In this document: piece after piece, positions 34,877 through 43,154 of the stretch | Layout of the letters: each line of letters begins with the position of its first letter | Position numbering within the stretch: position 1 is the first letter of the stretch | NCBI GenBank assembly: GCA_017464565.1 | Contig: JAFTZH010000035.1 | Coordinates: 149,781 to 213,780 of the forward strand | Direction of reading: 5' to 3' | Length of the DNA stretch: 64,000 bases | DNA from: Clostridia bacterium | GTDB taxonomy: Bacteria; Bacillota; Clostridia; Oscillospirales; CAG-272 | Notes under the pieces: generated by a model | What the model was told of the DNA's origin: nothing | What the model saw: only the letters and a program-made list of their open reading frames with translations | Database searches by the model: none | Program-made: the position numbers and the translations under genes

Positions 34877-36040
34877 TTATTTATTGCCCTTTGCGCGGTT
34901 ATGCGTTTTACAAAGCATTTGACAGTTTTTTATATCGGTTGAACCGCCGCGGCTCCAAGCGGTAACGTGGTCGGCGTCCATTTCGGTAATTTTCCAGATA
35001 CGGTTTTTATTGTTGTCCGCTCCCATAGCGCACAGAGGACAGTTAGACAGATTTTTATGCTTTGCTTTTTCGGTCTGACGCGTATAGACGGTCTTTTTGG
35101 TAGGCTCGTCAAATATCCGTACGTTAAGGAGCTTGCTGTCGGTACAGCCTCCGAGAATATATTCGTATACACCTTTTTTATCCTTAACGTAAAAATCCGA
35201 ATACAGTTCCTTGAGCTTTGCGGAGACCTCATCGGGAGCATAGGCGTTCGTGTGGTACCGCTCGTAGAACTCGCCCCACGGCAGACCTCGCATTTCGCTT
35301 TCAACGTCGGTAAAGACGCTTGACACCCAATCAATAACACTGGTAAAATAAGCCTTCAGCTCGTTTATATTATCATCATAGCGGTGCTTGCTCATATAAT
35401 CGTCTATATTGCCCTTGCTGACCCAAGACAACGCGGTACGCAAATAATCCTGTCTTATAATGTTGCCCGATACGTAAGCGCTCCACTTTTGTACGTTGGC
35501 GTTCTGACTGTTGGAAAATTCCTCTTTTGCTTTTGTGACAAAAGGACCAGAGTGGATAGCGTTGGAAAGCTCCTGTTCGTTAAGGGGTATTCCCGCAATA
35601 TTGATAGTTTTAAACCATTCCTTGATTTCGCTCTCCGTACCCTCGCAGATATAAATAGTCAAGGGAGTCTGCATTATTTTGTCCTGCAAATCCTTTGCAA
35701 GTCCCGAAAAGTATCTTGGTATACCGCCCGAATCATTGATAGCGAATTTTCCCGTTACGTATCGTCCGAAGCTGGTAATACGCTGCTGACCGTCAAGCAC
35801 CTCGTATTTATCTTCCGCGACCTTCGTAAAGTATATAAGTCCAAGGGGATAACCCTTGAGAATGGAGTCGATAACAGCCACGTCGCGCTTTCCGTCGGCA
35901 TATATGTAATTTCTCTGATATTCGGGCTGAATCGTAAGCTTACCCGACAAGCCGAACAAACCCTTTCCCTCGTACTCGTTATATACAAAGCCTTTACATA
36001 TGTCGGCTACTGTTATTGTGGTATTTAATGTGGTAATCAT
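34877..36040 (-). CDS. DUF262 (ParB-like/GmrSD N-domain) - HNH nuclease fusion
   Basis: 387 aa. QPEYQR and LDGQQRITS motifs of DUF262. C-terminal CPLC...DADHVTAWSRGGSTDIKNCQMLCKTHNRAKG (HNH with Cys4 zinc site). Start ATG 36040 (AAAGAGGG 7 nt upstream) gives an ATGA overlap with the MTase stop. Confidence 0.8.
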   Translation of the reverse strand: MITTLNTTITVADICKGFVYNEYEGKGLFGLSGKLTIQPEYQRNYIYADGKRDVAVIDSILKGYPLGLIYFTKVAEDKYEVLDGQQRITSFGRYVTGKFAINDSGGIPRYFSGLAKDLQDKIMQTPLTIYICEGTESEIKEWFKTINIAGIPLNEQELSNAIHSGPFVTKAKEEFSNSQNANVQKWSAYVSGNIIRQDYLRTALSWVSKGNIDDYMSKHRYDDNINELKAYFTSVIDWVSSVFTDVESEMRGLPWGEFYERYHTNAYAPDEVSAKLKELYSDFYVKDKKGVYEYILGGCTDSKLLNVRIFDEPTKKTVYTRQTEKAKHKNLSNCPLCAMGADNNKNRIWKITEMDADHVTAWSRGGSTDIKNCQMLCKTHNRAKGNK

Positions 36041-37278
36041 TTGCATACCCTCTTTCTAACGATAATTCTTGCATATCCGACAGCTAAATATCCGTCTACG
36101 CCCTCTGCGGTGTAATAAGGCTTCTTTTCGGACACGTTTCTGTATAAAGCCTCTACACTGTCATACAAGATTGCGGGACCGTCGTTAACCTTGTTACCGC
36201 CCTGCGTCGTGCCGTCGGGGTTGTGCTGAATTGCGTTTGTATATTTCTTTATCTGTAATATTTCTTTGCCCCTGTCTGCTCTTTCGGGTGCTAACCCTAT
36301 AATTTCAAAATCGTCGGGATTATATTTTTCGAGAAAAGTTATCGGTACGCCCATATATCCCTCATAATCGCTTGGAATCGCGTCCACAAAAGGTATATCA
36401 AGAGCATCGTAGTTATCGTAATGGAAGTAGCCGTTTTCCTTGACGTTTTTATGTTTACTGTATTTCAGATTATCATTCATCGTCATAAAGGCTTGTGTTT
36501 GATGTCGTCTTCCGTGGTCGAGATTTGTAAACCAATTTGAATTTCCAAGTCTCGTATAATTGCCCACGTAACCAAGCTTAGCCGCTTTTTCTCTGTCTTT
36601 TGGCGCAACCTCTGCTCCGTCGGGAACACTGAAAACCATATCCTCGCTGTTGCAGGTTGCTCCAAGCCAAAGCTCGTTGTTTTTTATAAGCGGGAAAATT
36701 TCTTTATATGTAATAGCGTTTTTATTGCCTATTATCAGAAATTTTTTATTGCCTTGATATATCCAATTTACAAATTCTCTGAACAGCGAAAAAGGCGGAT
36801 TCGTTACTATTATATCTGCTTCGTCTCGGAGCTTCGTAACTTCTTCGGAACGAAAATCTCCGTCTCCCTCCAAATACTTCCACTCTAAATCGTCTATATC
36901 AACGTTTTCCGAACTATTGCCGTCTCTCGTAAGAGTAAAGATTTTTCCGTTTGCGGTCGTCTTTTCTTCGTCGTATCCTATTTTGTCAATATCAAATATA
37001 GAAAATTGATAACCAACGGGATACATTTTTTCTTTTTTCTCTTTTGAAAAGCTGGTGCTTATAAGTTTTTTAATACCGAAGTTTTCAAAGTTTTGAGCGA
37101 AAAATTTTGTAAAATTGCTCCATTCCGGGTCATCGCAGGGCAAAAGCACGACCTTGTTCCGAAAAACGTTAGGATTGTATTCCAGATAATCGTTAACCTC
37201 TTTTTGAATAAAATCGTAAACGGTATAAAACTCATCGTTTTGGTCTTTTTTGGCTTTGGATAGAATTTCGTTAGCCAT
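36037..37278 (-). CDS. N6-adenine DNA methyltransferase, EcoRI-methylase-like family
   Basis: 413 aa. N-terminal DEFYT motif, catalytic IIVTNPPF (motif IV NPPF). GGAGA RBS. AT-rich coding sequence. Confidence 0.8.
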   Translation of the reverse strand: MANEILSKAKKDQNDEFYTVYDFIQKEVNDYLEYNPNVFRNKVVLLPCDDPEWSNFTKFFAQNFENFGIKKLISTSFSKEKKEKMYPVGYQFSIFDIDKIGYDEEKTTANGKIFTLTRDGNSSENVDIDDLEWKYLEGDGDFRSEEVTKLRDEADIIVTNPPFSLFREFVNWIYQGNKKFLIIGNKNAITYKEIFPLIKNNELWLGATCNSEDMVFSVPDGAEVAPKDREKAAKLGYVGNYTRLGNSNWFTNLDHGRRHQTQAFMTMNDNLKYSKHKNVKENGYFHYDNYDALDIPFVDAIPSDYEGYMGVPITFLEKYNPDDFEIIGLAPERADRGKEILQIKKYTNAIQHNPDGTTQGGNKVNDGPAILYDSVEALYRNVSEKKPYYTAEGVDGYLAVGYARIIVRKRVCK

Positions 37279-37311
37279 ACTGTATCTCCAATTGATATCT
37301 TATTATTCAAC

Positions 37312-37340
37312 ATTATATCATAATTTTCTTTTGTTTTTAA
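37312..37340 (-). promoter_or_regulatory. extended -10 promoter of the MTase/nuclease pair
   Basis: Minus strand TTAAAA (37340-37335), 17 nt, TGaTATAAT (-10 at 37317-37312). Confidence 0.5.
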
Positions 37341-37353
37341 CAACGCAAAAATC

Positions 37354-37430
37354 AAAACCACCAGCAGTGCTGGTGGTTTTCAAAACACAAAAACAAAAGC
37401 GTGATATTTTTGAAAAATATCACGCTTTTG
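37354..37430 (-). terminator. two tandem hairpin terminators after recR
   Basis: CAAAAGCGTGATATTTTT-GAAAAATATCACGCTTTTG (37394-37430), followed on the minus strand by TTTTTGTGTTTTG. AAAACCACCAGCA-GT-GCTGGTGGTTTT (37354-37380). Confidence 0.7.
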
Positions 37431-37444
37431 TTTTACGTATTTTA

Positions 37445-38044
37445 TCAAACGTCTCTTCTTCCCTCTATCGCCCTTCCGAGAGTTACCTCGTCGGCGTATT
37501 CGAGGTCGGAGCCTACGGGAACGCCGTAAGCGAGACGCGTTACCTTTATTCCGAGAGGCTTGAGATACTTCGAGATATACATAGCCGTTACCTCTCCGTC
37601 GGGAGTGGGGTTTGTGGCGATAATAACCTCGTTCACCTCACCCGTACCCGCTCTCTCGATAAGCTCTCTGAACTTTATCTTATCGGGCGTTATTCCGTTA
37701 ACGGGAGAGATAGCACCGTGCAAAACGTGATATACCCCTCTGAATTCCCTGACCTTCTCTATCGACATAAGCGCCTTGACGTCCTCAACGACGCAGATAA
37801 CGCTTCTGTCGCGCGAGAGATCGGAGCAGACCGAGCACACGTCTCTGTCGGTAAGATTGGCGCATACGGGACACTCGTGTATTCTGCGCTTTGCCTCAAT
37901 AAGAGCGTCGGCAAACTCGGCGACCTCCTCGGTATCAAGCTCCAAAACCGAAAAAGCCATTCTCATAGCCGACTTTCTTCCGACTCCCTGAAGCCGTCCG
38001 AACTGCTCGGAGAGCTTCTGAAGAGCCTCTATATAATCAGCCAT
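37445..38044 (-). CDS. recR: recombination protein RecR
   Basis: 199 aa. HhH N-terminus, C4 zinc finger CPVCANLTDRDVCSVC, Toprim domain. Confidence 0.93.
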   Translation of the reverse strand: MADYIEALQKLSEQFGRLQGVGRKSAMRMAFSVLELDTEEVAEFADALIEAKRRIHECPVCANLTDRDVCSVCSDLSRDRSVICVVEDVKALMSIEKVREFRGVYHVLHGAISPVNGITPDKIKFRELIERAGTGEVNEVIIATNPTPDGEVTAMYISKYLKPLGIKVTRLAYGVPVGSDLEYADEVTLGRAIEGRRDV

Positions 38045-38045
38045 A

Positions 38046-38393
38046 TCAGAACAGTCCCGGCATACCCATGCTGCCGGTTATCTTCGACATCTCGGCGTTA
38101 TTGGTGTCGTCAACTCGCTTTATCGCCTCGTTTACTGCGGCGACGAGGATATCGGAAAGCGTTTCGATATCGTCGGGATCGACTATCTCGGGCTTTATGT
38201 CTATCGAAAGAATTTCCTTTTTACCGTTTATTTTTACTCCGACGACACCGCCGCCTGCGGATATATCGTACTCTCTCGCGTCAAGCTCCTCCTGGAGCGC
38301 CGCCATATCCTCCTGCATTTTCTGTGCCTGGCGTATCATCGCGTTCATATTCTGGGCGCCTCCGCCCATTCCCTTCGGTATGTTAGCTCTCAT
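38046..38393 (-). CDS. ybaB: YbaB/EbfC nucleoid-associated DNA-binding protein
   Basis: 115 aa. ...NMNAMIRQAQKMQEDMAALQEEL... is typical of the family. Canonical dnaX-ybaB-recR synteny. Confidence 0.9.
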   Translation of the reverse strand: MRANIPKGMGGGAQNMNAMIRQAQKMQEDMAALQEELDAREYDISAGGGVVGVKINGKKEILSIDIKPEIVDPDDIETLSDILVAAVNEAIKRVDDTNNAEMSKITGSMGMPGLF

Positions 38394-38441
38394 TTTTTAA
38401 TTCCTTTTCAATAAGTTTATTCTTTATCCGCCAAAGCGGGA

Positions 38442-40034
38442 TTATTCTTCAAACGAAGCGAGATCGTCAGCCGTATCTTCGCCAAGCTCGGATGACACCT
38501 CGTAATATATATCGTTCTCCGCAAACGAGCTTTGAAGCTCTACGTTAATCACCGAGCATATCGTACCCTTGATATTTGCCTCGGATATTCTTTCCATTGC
38601 GAAGTCGCTTGAAAATCTTACGCAAACCTTTCCCTCGGAGGTGATGAACGCCCTCGCGAATTTAAGAAAGGAAAGCAGATATCCGTCCGAGCCGACCGCT
38701 CTCTCGGCAATCTCCGTCCAGCCTCTTACCTGCTTTGCCGACGGCTTGCTCCGCGGGAGATTGACGGCGCTTTGCTTTGCCTCTTCCTTCTTTACGGCAC
38801 TCTGCGGAGCGGTTTTTATTTTGGCAGCGGTATTTTCTTCCGCGGGAGATACCTTTTGCGCGGTACTCTTCACCGAAGCTATATTTCCCGAAGCCAGCGC
38901 GACCTCAAGCCTTGATATTCTCGACGCAAGGCTGTCCGCCTCAAAATCAAGCGCGGGATCGCTCATTTTTATCAGCGTCATCTCGGCAACGATACGCTTG
39001 ACCGTACCCGCCTTTTGCATAGTATAGAGCGCGTCGTCAAGCATACGGCAGTGAGCGAGCAGGGTTTCCTTGGTAAAAAGCCCCGCCGTGCGTCCGAGCG
39101 TCTCTTTCTCGCTGTCGGTAAGGTCGAGATATTTATCGGCAGACGCGGTGGTTTTAAGCACGAGCATATCCCTGTAAAAAGAAAGCAGCTCCTGCCAGAA
39201 AACGGTTATATCCATAGACGAGCGTACTACCTCGTCAACTACGCCGAACACGGTATCGTAATCGGCGCCGGAAACCGCCTCAACCGTTTTTATTACGTTA
39301 GCCTTGCCGCCCGAGCCGACGGTTGTATTTACGAGCGCTTCGGTTATCCTGACTCGGTTTCCCGCGCACAGCTCAAGCAGACTGATAGCGTCGCGCATTC
39401 CGCCCTGCGCGAGCTTGGCTATCGCTCTGAGCGCCGCGTCGTCCGCTTCTATTCCCTCGCGCTCCGCGATATACGAAAGACGCTTCATAAGAACGTCGGT
39501 AGCTATTCTGCGAAAATCGAATCTCTGACAACGTGAGATTATGGTGGCGGGAAGCTTGTGAAGCTCGGTCGTCGCAAGTATAAAAACGACGTGAGACGGA
39601 GGCTCTTCAAGAGTTTTGAGAAGCGCGTTAAACGCGCTTCCGCTGAGCATATGAACCTCGTCAACAATATATACTCTGTATTTAAGCGACGACGGCGTAT
39701 ATACAACCTCGTCTCTTATATCTCTGATATTCTCTACTCCGTTGTTTGAAGCGGCGTCCATTTCAAGCACGTCGGTAGCCGCTCCCGAATCAATAGAGAG
39801 ACAGGACTGACATTTGTTGCACGGGCTTCCGTTGACGGAAGCCTCGCAGTTGACCGCCTTCGCGAGTATCTTCGCGCAGGTCGTCTTTCCCGTTCCGCGC
39901 GAGCCGCAGAAGAGATAAGCGTGAGAAAACTTGTTGTTCTGCGTTTCGTATTTGAGTATAGAGGTAATATGCTCCTGACCGTAAACGTCGTCAAACACTC
40001 TCGGTCTCCACTTACGGTATAATGCCTGATGCAT
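38442..40034 (-). CDS. dnaX: DNA polymerase III subunit gamma/tau
   Basis: 530 aa. Walker A GSRGTGKTT, zinc module CNKCQSCLSI, sensor ISRCQRF. Confidence 0.93.
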   Translation of the reverse strand: MHQALYRKWRPRVFDDVYGQEHITSILKYETQNNKFSHAYLFCGSRGTGKTTCAKILAKAVNCEASVNGSPCNKCQSCLSIDSGAATDVLEMDAASNNGVENIRDIRDEVVYTPSSLKYRVYIVDEVHMLSGSAFNALLKTLEEPPSHVVFILATTELHKLPATIISRCQRFDFRRIATDVLMKRLSYIAEREGIEADDAALRAIAKLAQGGMRDAISLLELCAGNRVRITEALVNTTVGSGGKANVIKTVEAVSGADYDTVFGVVDEVVRSSMDITVFWQELLSFYRDMLVLKTTASADKYLDLTDSEKETLGRTAGLFTKETLLAHCRMLDDALYTMQKAGTVKRIVAEMTLIKMSDPALDFEADSLASRISRLEVALASGNIASVKSTAQKVSPAEENTAAKIKTAPQSAVKKEEAKQSAVNLPRSKPSAKQVRGWTEIAERAVGSDGYLLSFLKFARAFITSEGKVCVRFSSDFAMERISEANIKGTICSVINVELQSSFAENDIYYEVSSELGEDTADDLASFEE

Positions 40035-40079
40035 AAGCTCACCTCCTCAAAAATTACGAAAAATCAAAACGAGCCGCAA

Positions 40080-40372
40080 AATAAGACCATACACCTTAAA
40101 ATCGAACGTTGCTCCTGCGCGAACTCCGTATCTTCTGCCCGGAGCAGGCTACCCTGCGGCACATCGGGCAAATTGCTTAATGCTGCTTGGTTCCCCACCT
40201 GACATGGTTCACAACCCCCAATTGCGCAAGACCCGCTCTTCAACGCAGCAGGCACGGCTCAATACGCAAAAGCTCGATCCTCAGAAAAGGAATGAACCCC
40301 TGCTGTAGCGGATTTCAGGTACAGGGCACCGCTAATTCCCCGGCTGGTATGGCCTTATTTCACAGCCCGTGG
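40080..40372 (-). ncRNA. ffs: signal recognition particle RNA, long (Alu-domain) Firmicute form
   Basis: Minus strand contains GCCGGGGAATTAGCGGTGCCCTGTACCTGAAATCCGCTACAGCAGGGG (Alu domain; close to the B. subtilis scRNA as I remember it). It also contains domain IV GAACCATGTCAGGTGGGGAACCAAGCAGCATTAAGC. The classic position is upstream of dnaX. Ends are approximate (+/-20 nt). Confidence 0.85.
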
Positions 40373-40409
40373 CTGTATTCTCCGAGAACTACACGCAGAG
40401 AACGTTATT

Positions 40410-40438
40410 ATTATAACAGATTTCACTCGATTTTGCAA
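40410..40438 (-). promoter_or_regulatory. sigma-A promoter of SRP RNA
   Basis: Minus strand TTGCAA (40438-40433), 17-nt spacer, TATAAT (40415-40410). Confidence 0.6.
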
Positions 40439-40527
40439 TAGAATTTTGAAATTATATTTTTATACTATAAAAAGTTTGTAAAAAATCACAAACGGCGGAA
40501 GCTTTAGTGAACGCTTCCGCCCCTTAT

Positions 40528-42375
40528 TTACTTCGTCTTTCTTCCCATAGTACGCATAGAGTTCAGCACCGCTATCACCATAACGCCTACGTCGCCGAAA
40601 ACCGCTATCCACATTCCGACGAGTCCGAGCGCTCCGAGAAGAAGAATGAGTCCCTTCACCGCAAGAGCAAAAATAATATTCTGCCTGACTATTCCCATAG
40701 TCTTTTTTGATATTCGTATAGCGTCGGAAATATGCGAAAGCTTGTCGTCCATTATCACGACGTCTGCCGCCTCTATCGCCGCGTCGCTTCCGAGCGCGCC
40801 CATAGCTATACCCACGTCGGCTCGGGACAGCACGGGAGCGTCGTTTATACCGTCTCCCACGAACGCCACCCTGCGTCCGTCGGATATAAGCTCCTCAAAA
40901 GCCGCAACCTTTCCGTCGGGAAGAAGCTCTGCCCGCGTCTCGTCAACGCCGACTCTTTCCGCCACCTCACGCGCAACGCCGTAAGCGTCTCCCGTAAGCA
41001 TAACGGTCTTTTTTATTCCATGCTTTTTCAAGCTTCTTACGGCTTCCGCCGTGCCTTCCTTTATAACGTCCTTTATCAGAATATATCCCAGATATTCTCC
41101 GCCTCGGCTTACGTAAAGAACGGTACCCTCAGCGTCGGTTTTCTCAAACGATATTCCCTCCTCCGAAAGCAAGGCAGCGTTGCCGACGCAAACAAGCTTT
41201 CCGTCTATTTCCGCGCGAACGCCCTTTCCCGCTGTCTCGGTGAAATTTTTTATTTTTTCCGTGTCCGTTTCTCCCTTGTAAGCGGCGGCAACGGCTCTCG
41301 CTATCGGGTGCGTTGAAAAGGTCTCGGCGTGCGCCGCCGTTCCGAGTACGTCGTCGGGAGTGCCGAGCCTTGAGTATATCTCGGCTATCTCAAAGCTTCC
41401 CCGTGTAAGCGTACCCGTCTTGTCAAACACGACGGTATCCACCTTTGAAAGCACGTCTATATAATTCGCGCCCTTTATAAGTATTCCCATTCTCGACGCG
41501 CCTCCGATTCCTCCGAAGAAAGAAAGCGGAACCGAGACGACGAGAGCGCACGGACAGGAGACCATAAGAAAGACGAGCGCTCTGCGTATCCACTCGCCCC
41601 ATTCAAGCCCGAGTACGAGAGGCGGAAGCACGGCGAGCAGTACCGCGCCTATAACGACGCAGGGCGTGTAATATTTCGCGAATTTAGTAATGAAGTTTTC
41701 GGTCTTTGCCTTCTTTGCCGAGGACTCCTCGACAAGCTCGAGTATTCTCGACACCGTACTGTCTCGGTAAAGGCTGGACACCCTTATCTTCAGCACGCCG
41801 CTCATATTTACCGCTCCGCTCACCGCCTTGTCTCCCGCGAATTTATCTACCGGCAGGCTCTCTCCCGTGAGCGCCTGCAGATTGAGCGTCCCCGAGCCTT
41901 CTATAATCTCTCCATCAAGAGCTATCTTCTCCCCCGGTCTTACGACTATTATCTCTCCTACCTCTATGTCTTCGGGCGCGAGCGTTATCTCCTCGCCGTT
42001 ACGAAGAACAGTAGCAACAGTAGGTCTGATATCCATAAGCGCGGCTATCGATTTCCTGCTCTTTCCCACGGCTATGCTCTGGAAAAGCTCCCCGACCTGA
42101 TAGAATATCATAACGCCGACCGCCTCGTAATATTCACCTATCGCGAACGCGCCGACAGTGGCTATCGTCATAAGAAAATTCTCGTCGAATATCTGTCCGC
42201 GCGATATATTGCGAAGCGCGGTCCAAAGTATATCGTATCCTATAAGAAGATACGGTATCAAAAGCACCCAAAAATTAAAAACGGTATCGTTAAACAGCGA
42301 TATAACGTACACGGCTGCCGTAAGCACGACCGAGGCCGCTATCCTCGCGATTATTATTTTATGCTTTCTTTTCAT
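40528..42375 (-). CDS. P1B-type heavy-metal (Cd/Zn/Co class) translocating ATPase, no fused N-terminal HMA domain
   Basis: 615 aa. CPC (VSCPCALV), DKTGTLT, STHPIARAV (HP), GDGINDAP. Confidence 0.9.
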   Translation of the reverse strand: MKRKHKIIIARIAASVVLTAAVYVISLFNDTVFNFWVLLIPYLLIGYDILWTALRNISRGQIFDENFLMTIATVGAFAIGEYYEAVGVMIFYQVGELFQSIAVGKSRKSIAALMDIRPTVATVLRNGEEITLAPEDIEVGEIIVVRPGEKIALDGEIIEGSGTLNLQALTGESLPVDKFAGDKAVSGAVNMSGVLKIRVSSLYRDSTVSRILELVEESSAKKAKTENFITKFAKYYTPCVVIGAVLLAVLPPLVLGLEWGEWIRRALVFLMVSCPCALVVSVPLSFFGGIGGASRMGILIKGANYIDVLSKVDTVVFDKTGTLTRGSFEIAEIYSRLGTPDDVLGTAAHAETFSTHPIARAVAAAYKGETDTEKIKNFTETAGKGVRAEIDGKLVCVGNAALLSEEGISFEKTDAEGTVLYVSRGGEYLGYILIKDVIKEGTAEAVRSLKKHGIKKTVMLTGDAYGVAREVAERVGVDETRAELLPDGKVAAFEELISDGRRVAFVGDGINDAPVLSRADVGIAMGALGSDAAIEAADVVIMDDKLSHISDAIRISKKTMGIVRQNIIFALAVKGLILLLGALGLVGMWIAVFGDVGVMVIAVLNSMRTMGRKTK

Positions 42376-42393
42376 ATTTTTCGTTTAACCTCT

Positions 42394-42618
42394 TTAGTCT
42401 CGGTCAACTACTCTGCAATCCGGTTCTATCTTTTTTATTATCTTCTTTGCCTTCGCGAGCACCTTCTCAAATACGGCGTCGTCTGCCTCAAGCGTGAGCT
42501 TTTGCGTAAGGAACGCCACCCTCACATAGCTTACTCCCTCAAGCTTTCCTATCGCTTCCTCCATTTTCGCCGCGCCGTGCGCACAATCAAGTTCTTCCAG
42601 TGCAAATACCTTTCTCAT
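42394..42618 (-). CDS. stand-alone HMA-like (heavy-metal-associated fold) protein with non-canonical site
   Basis: 74 aa. Ferredoxin-like HMA pattern ELDCAHGAAKMEEAIGKLEGV..., with CAHG where CxxC is expected. Confidence 0.65.
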   Translation of the reverse strand: MRKVFALEELDCAHGAAKMEEAIGKLEGVSYVRVAFLTQKLTLEADDAVFEKVLAKAKKIIKKIEPDCRVVDRD

Positions 42619-42619
42619 T

Positions 42620-42958
42620 TCAATCCTCCTCCATCAAATGCTCAAACCCCTGAGCTATAATAGTTCTTACGTGGTCATCCGACAAAAAGTAATAGATAGT
42701 TTTTCCCTCTCTTCTGTTCCCCACGAGATTGGCGTCCTTCAGTATTTTCAGCTGATGTGATATAGCCGACTGCGTCATTCCGAGAAGCTCGGCTATCGCG
42801 CAAACGCACATCTCCTCCTCAAAGAGCGAGTAAAGAATTTTTATCCTCGTCGTATCTCCGAAAATCTTGAAAAGGTCTGAAAGGTCGCACAGCATTTCGT
42901 CTGCCGGCAATTCGTTTTTTACCCTTGCAAGTATCTCGCTGTGATTATGTTCTTTCAT
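42620..42958 (-). CDS. ArsR/SmtB family metalloregulator (CadC-like)
   Basis: LFKIFGDTTRIKILYSL...EMCVCAIAELLGMTQSAISHQLKILK. ATG 42958 (GGAGG 5 nt upstream) is preferred over track start 42970. Confidence 0.85.
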   Translation of the reverse strand: MKEHNHSEILARVKNELPADEMLCDLSDLFKIFGDTTRIKILYSLFEEEMCVCAIAELLGMTQSAISHQLKILKDANLVGNRREGKTIYYFLSDDHVRTIIAQGFEHLMEED

Positions 42959-42970
42959 ATGAGCCTCCAT

Positions 42971-43019
42971 TCATATGTTTGCTTGCTCATATGTTATCAC
43001 ATATCTCCCTTTTTGTCAA
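42971..43019 (-). promoter_or_regulatory. promoter plus candidate ArsR operator repeats
   Basis: Minus strand TTGACA (43019-43014), 17 nt, TAACAT (42996-42991). The 9-mer TCATATGTT occurs twice on the plus strand (42971-42979, 42987-42995; each contains the palindrome CATATG), with a third partial copy at 42998-43005. These overlap the -10 and the early transcript. Confidence 0.45.
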
Positions 43020-43154
43020 TAGGTTTCTTGAAAATTTTCACATTTAAAATATCTATATTTTATAATTACTTGAAATAATTATAATTTAATGATATAATAA
43101 TTTATGAATACAGTATTAACCAAATTCAACCTGTCAAGCAAAGGAGTTTCGTTT

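Noticed and set aside
37250-38386. 378-aa plus-strand ORF running antisense across the MTase start, recR and ybaB
   Set aside because: It would have to overlap three well-supported genes and two terminators. No motifs.
38442-40034. Programmed -1 frameshift site in dnaX (A AAA AAG type)
   Set aside because: I scanned the coding strand and found no AAAAAAG-like slippery heptamer followed by a hairpin. A single tau-like product is assumed.
43104-43154. Longer N-termini suggested by the ORF track for trkA (43104) and trkH (44387)
   Set aside because: Internal ATGs at 43155 (AAAGGAG RBS, immediately followed by the GGGxxG Rossmann motif) and 44510 (TAATG coupling) fit the family N-termini. The extensions are basic, low-complexity read-through of upstream sequence.
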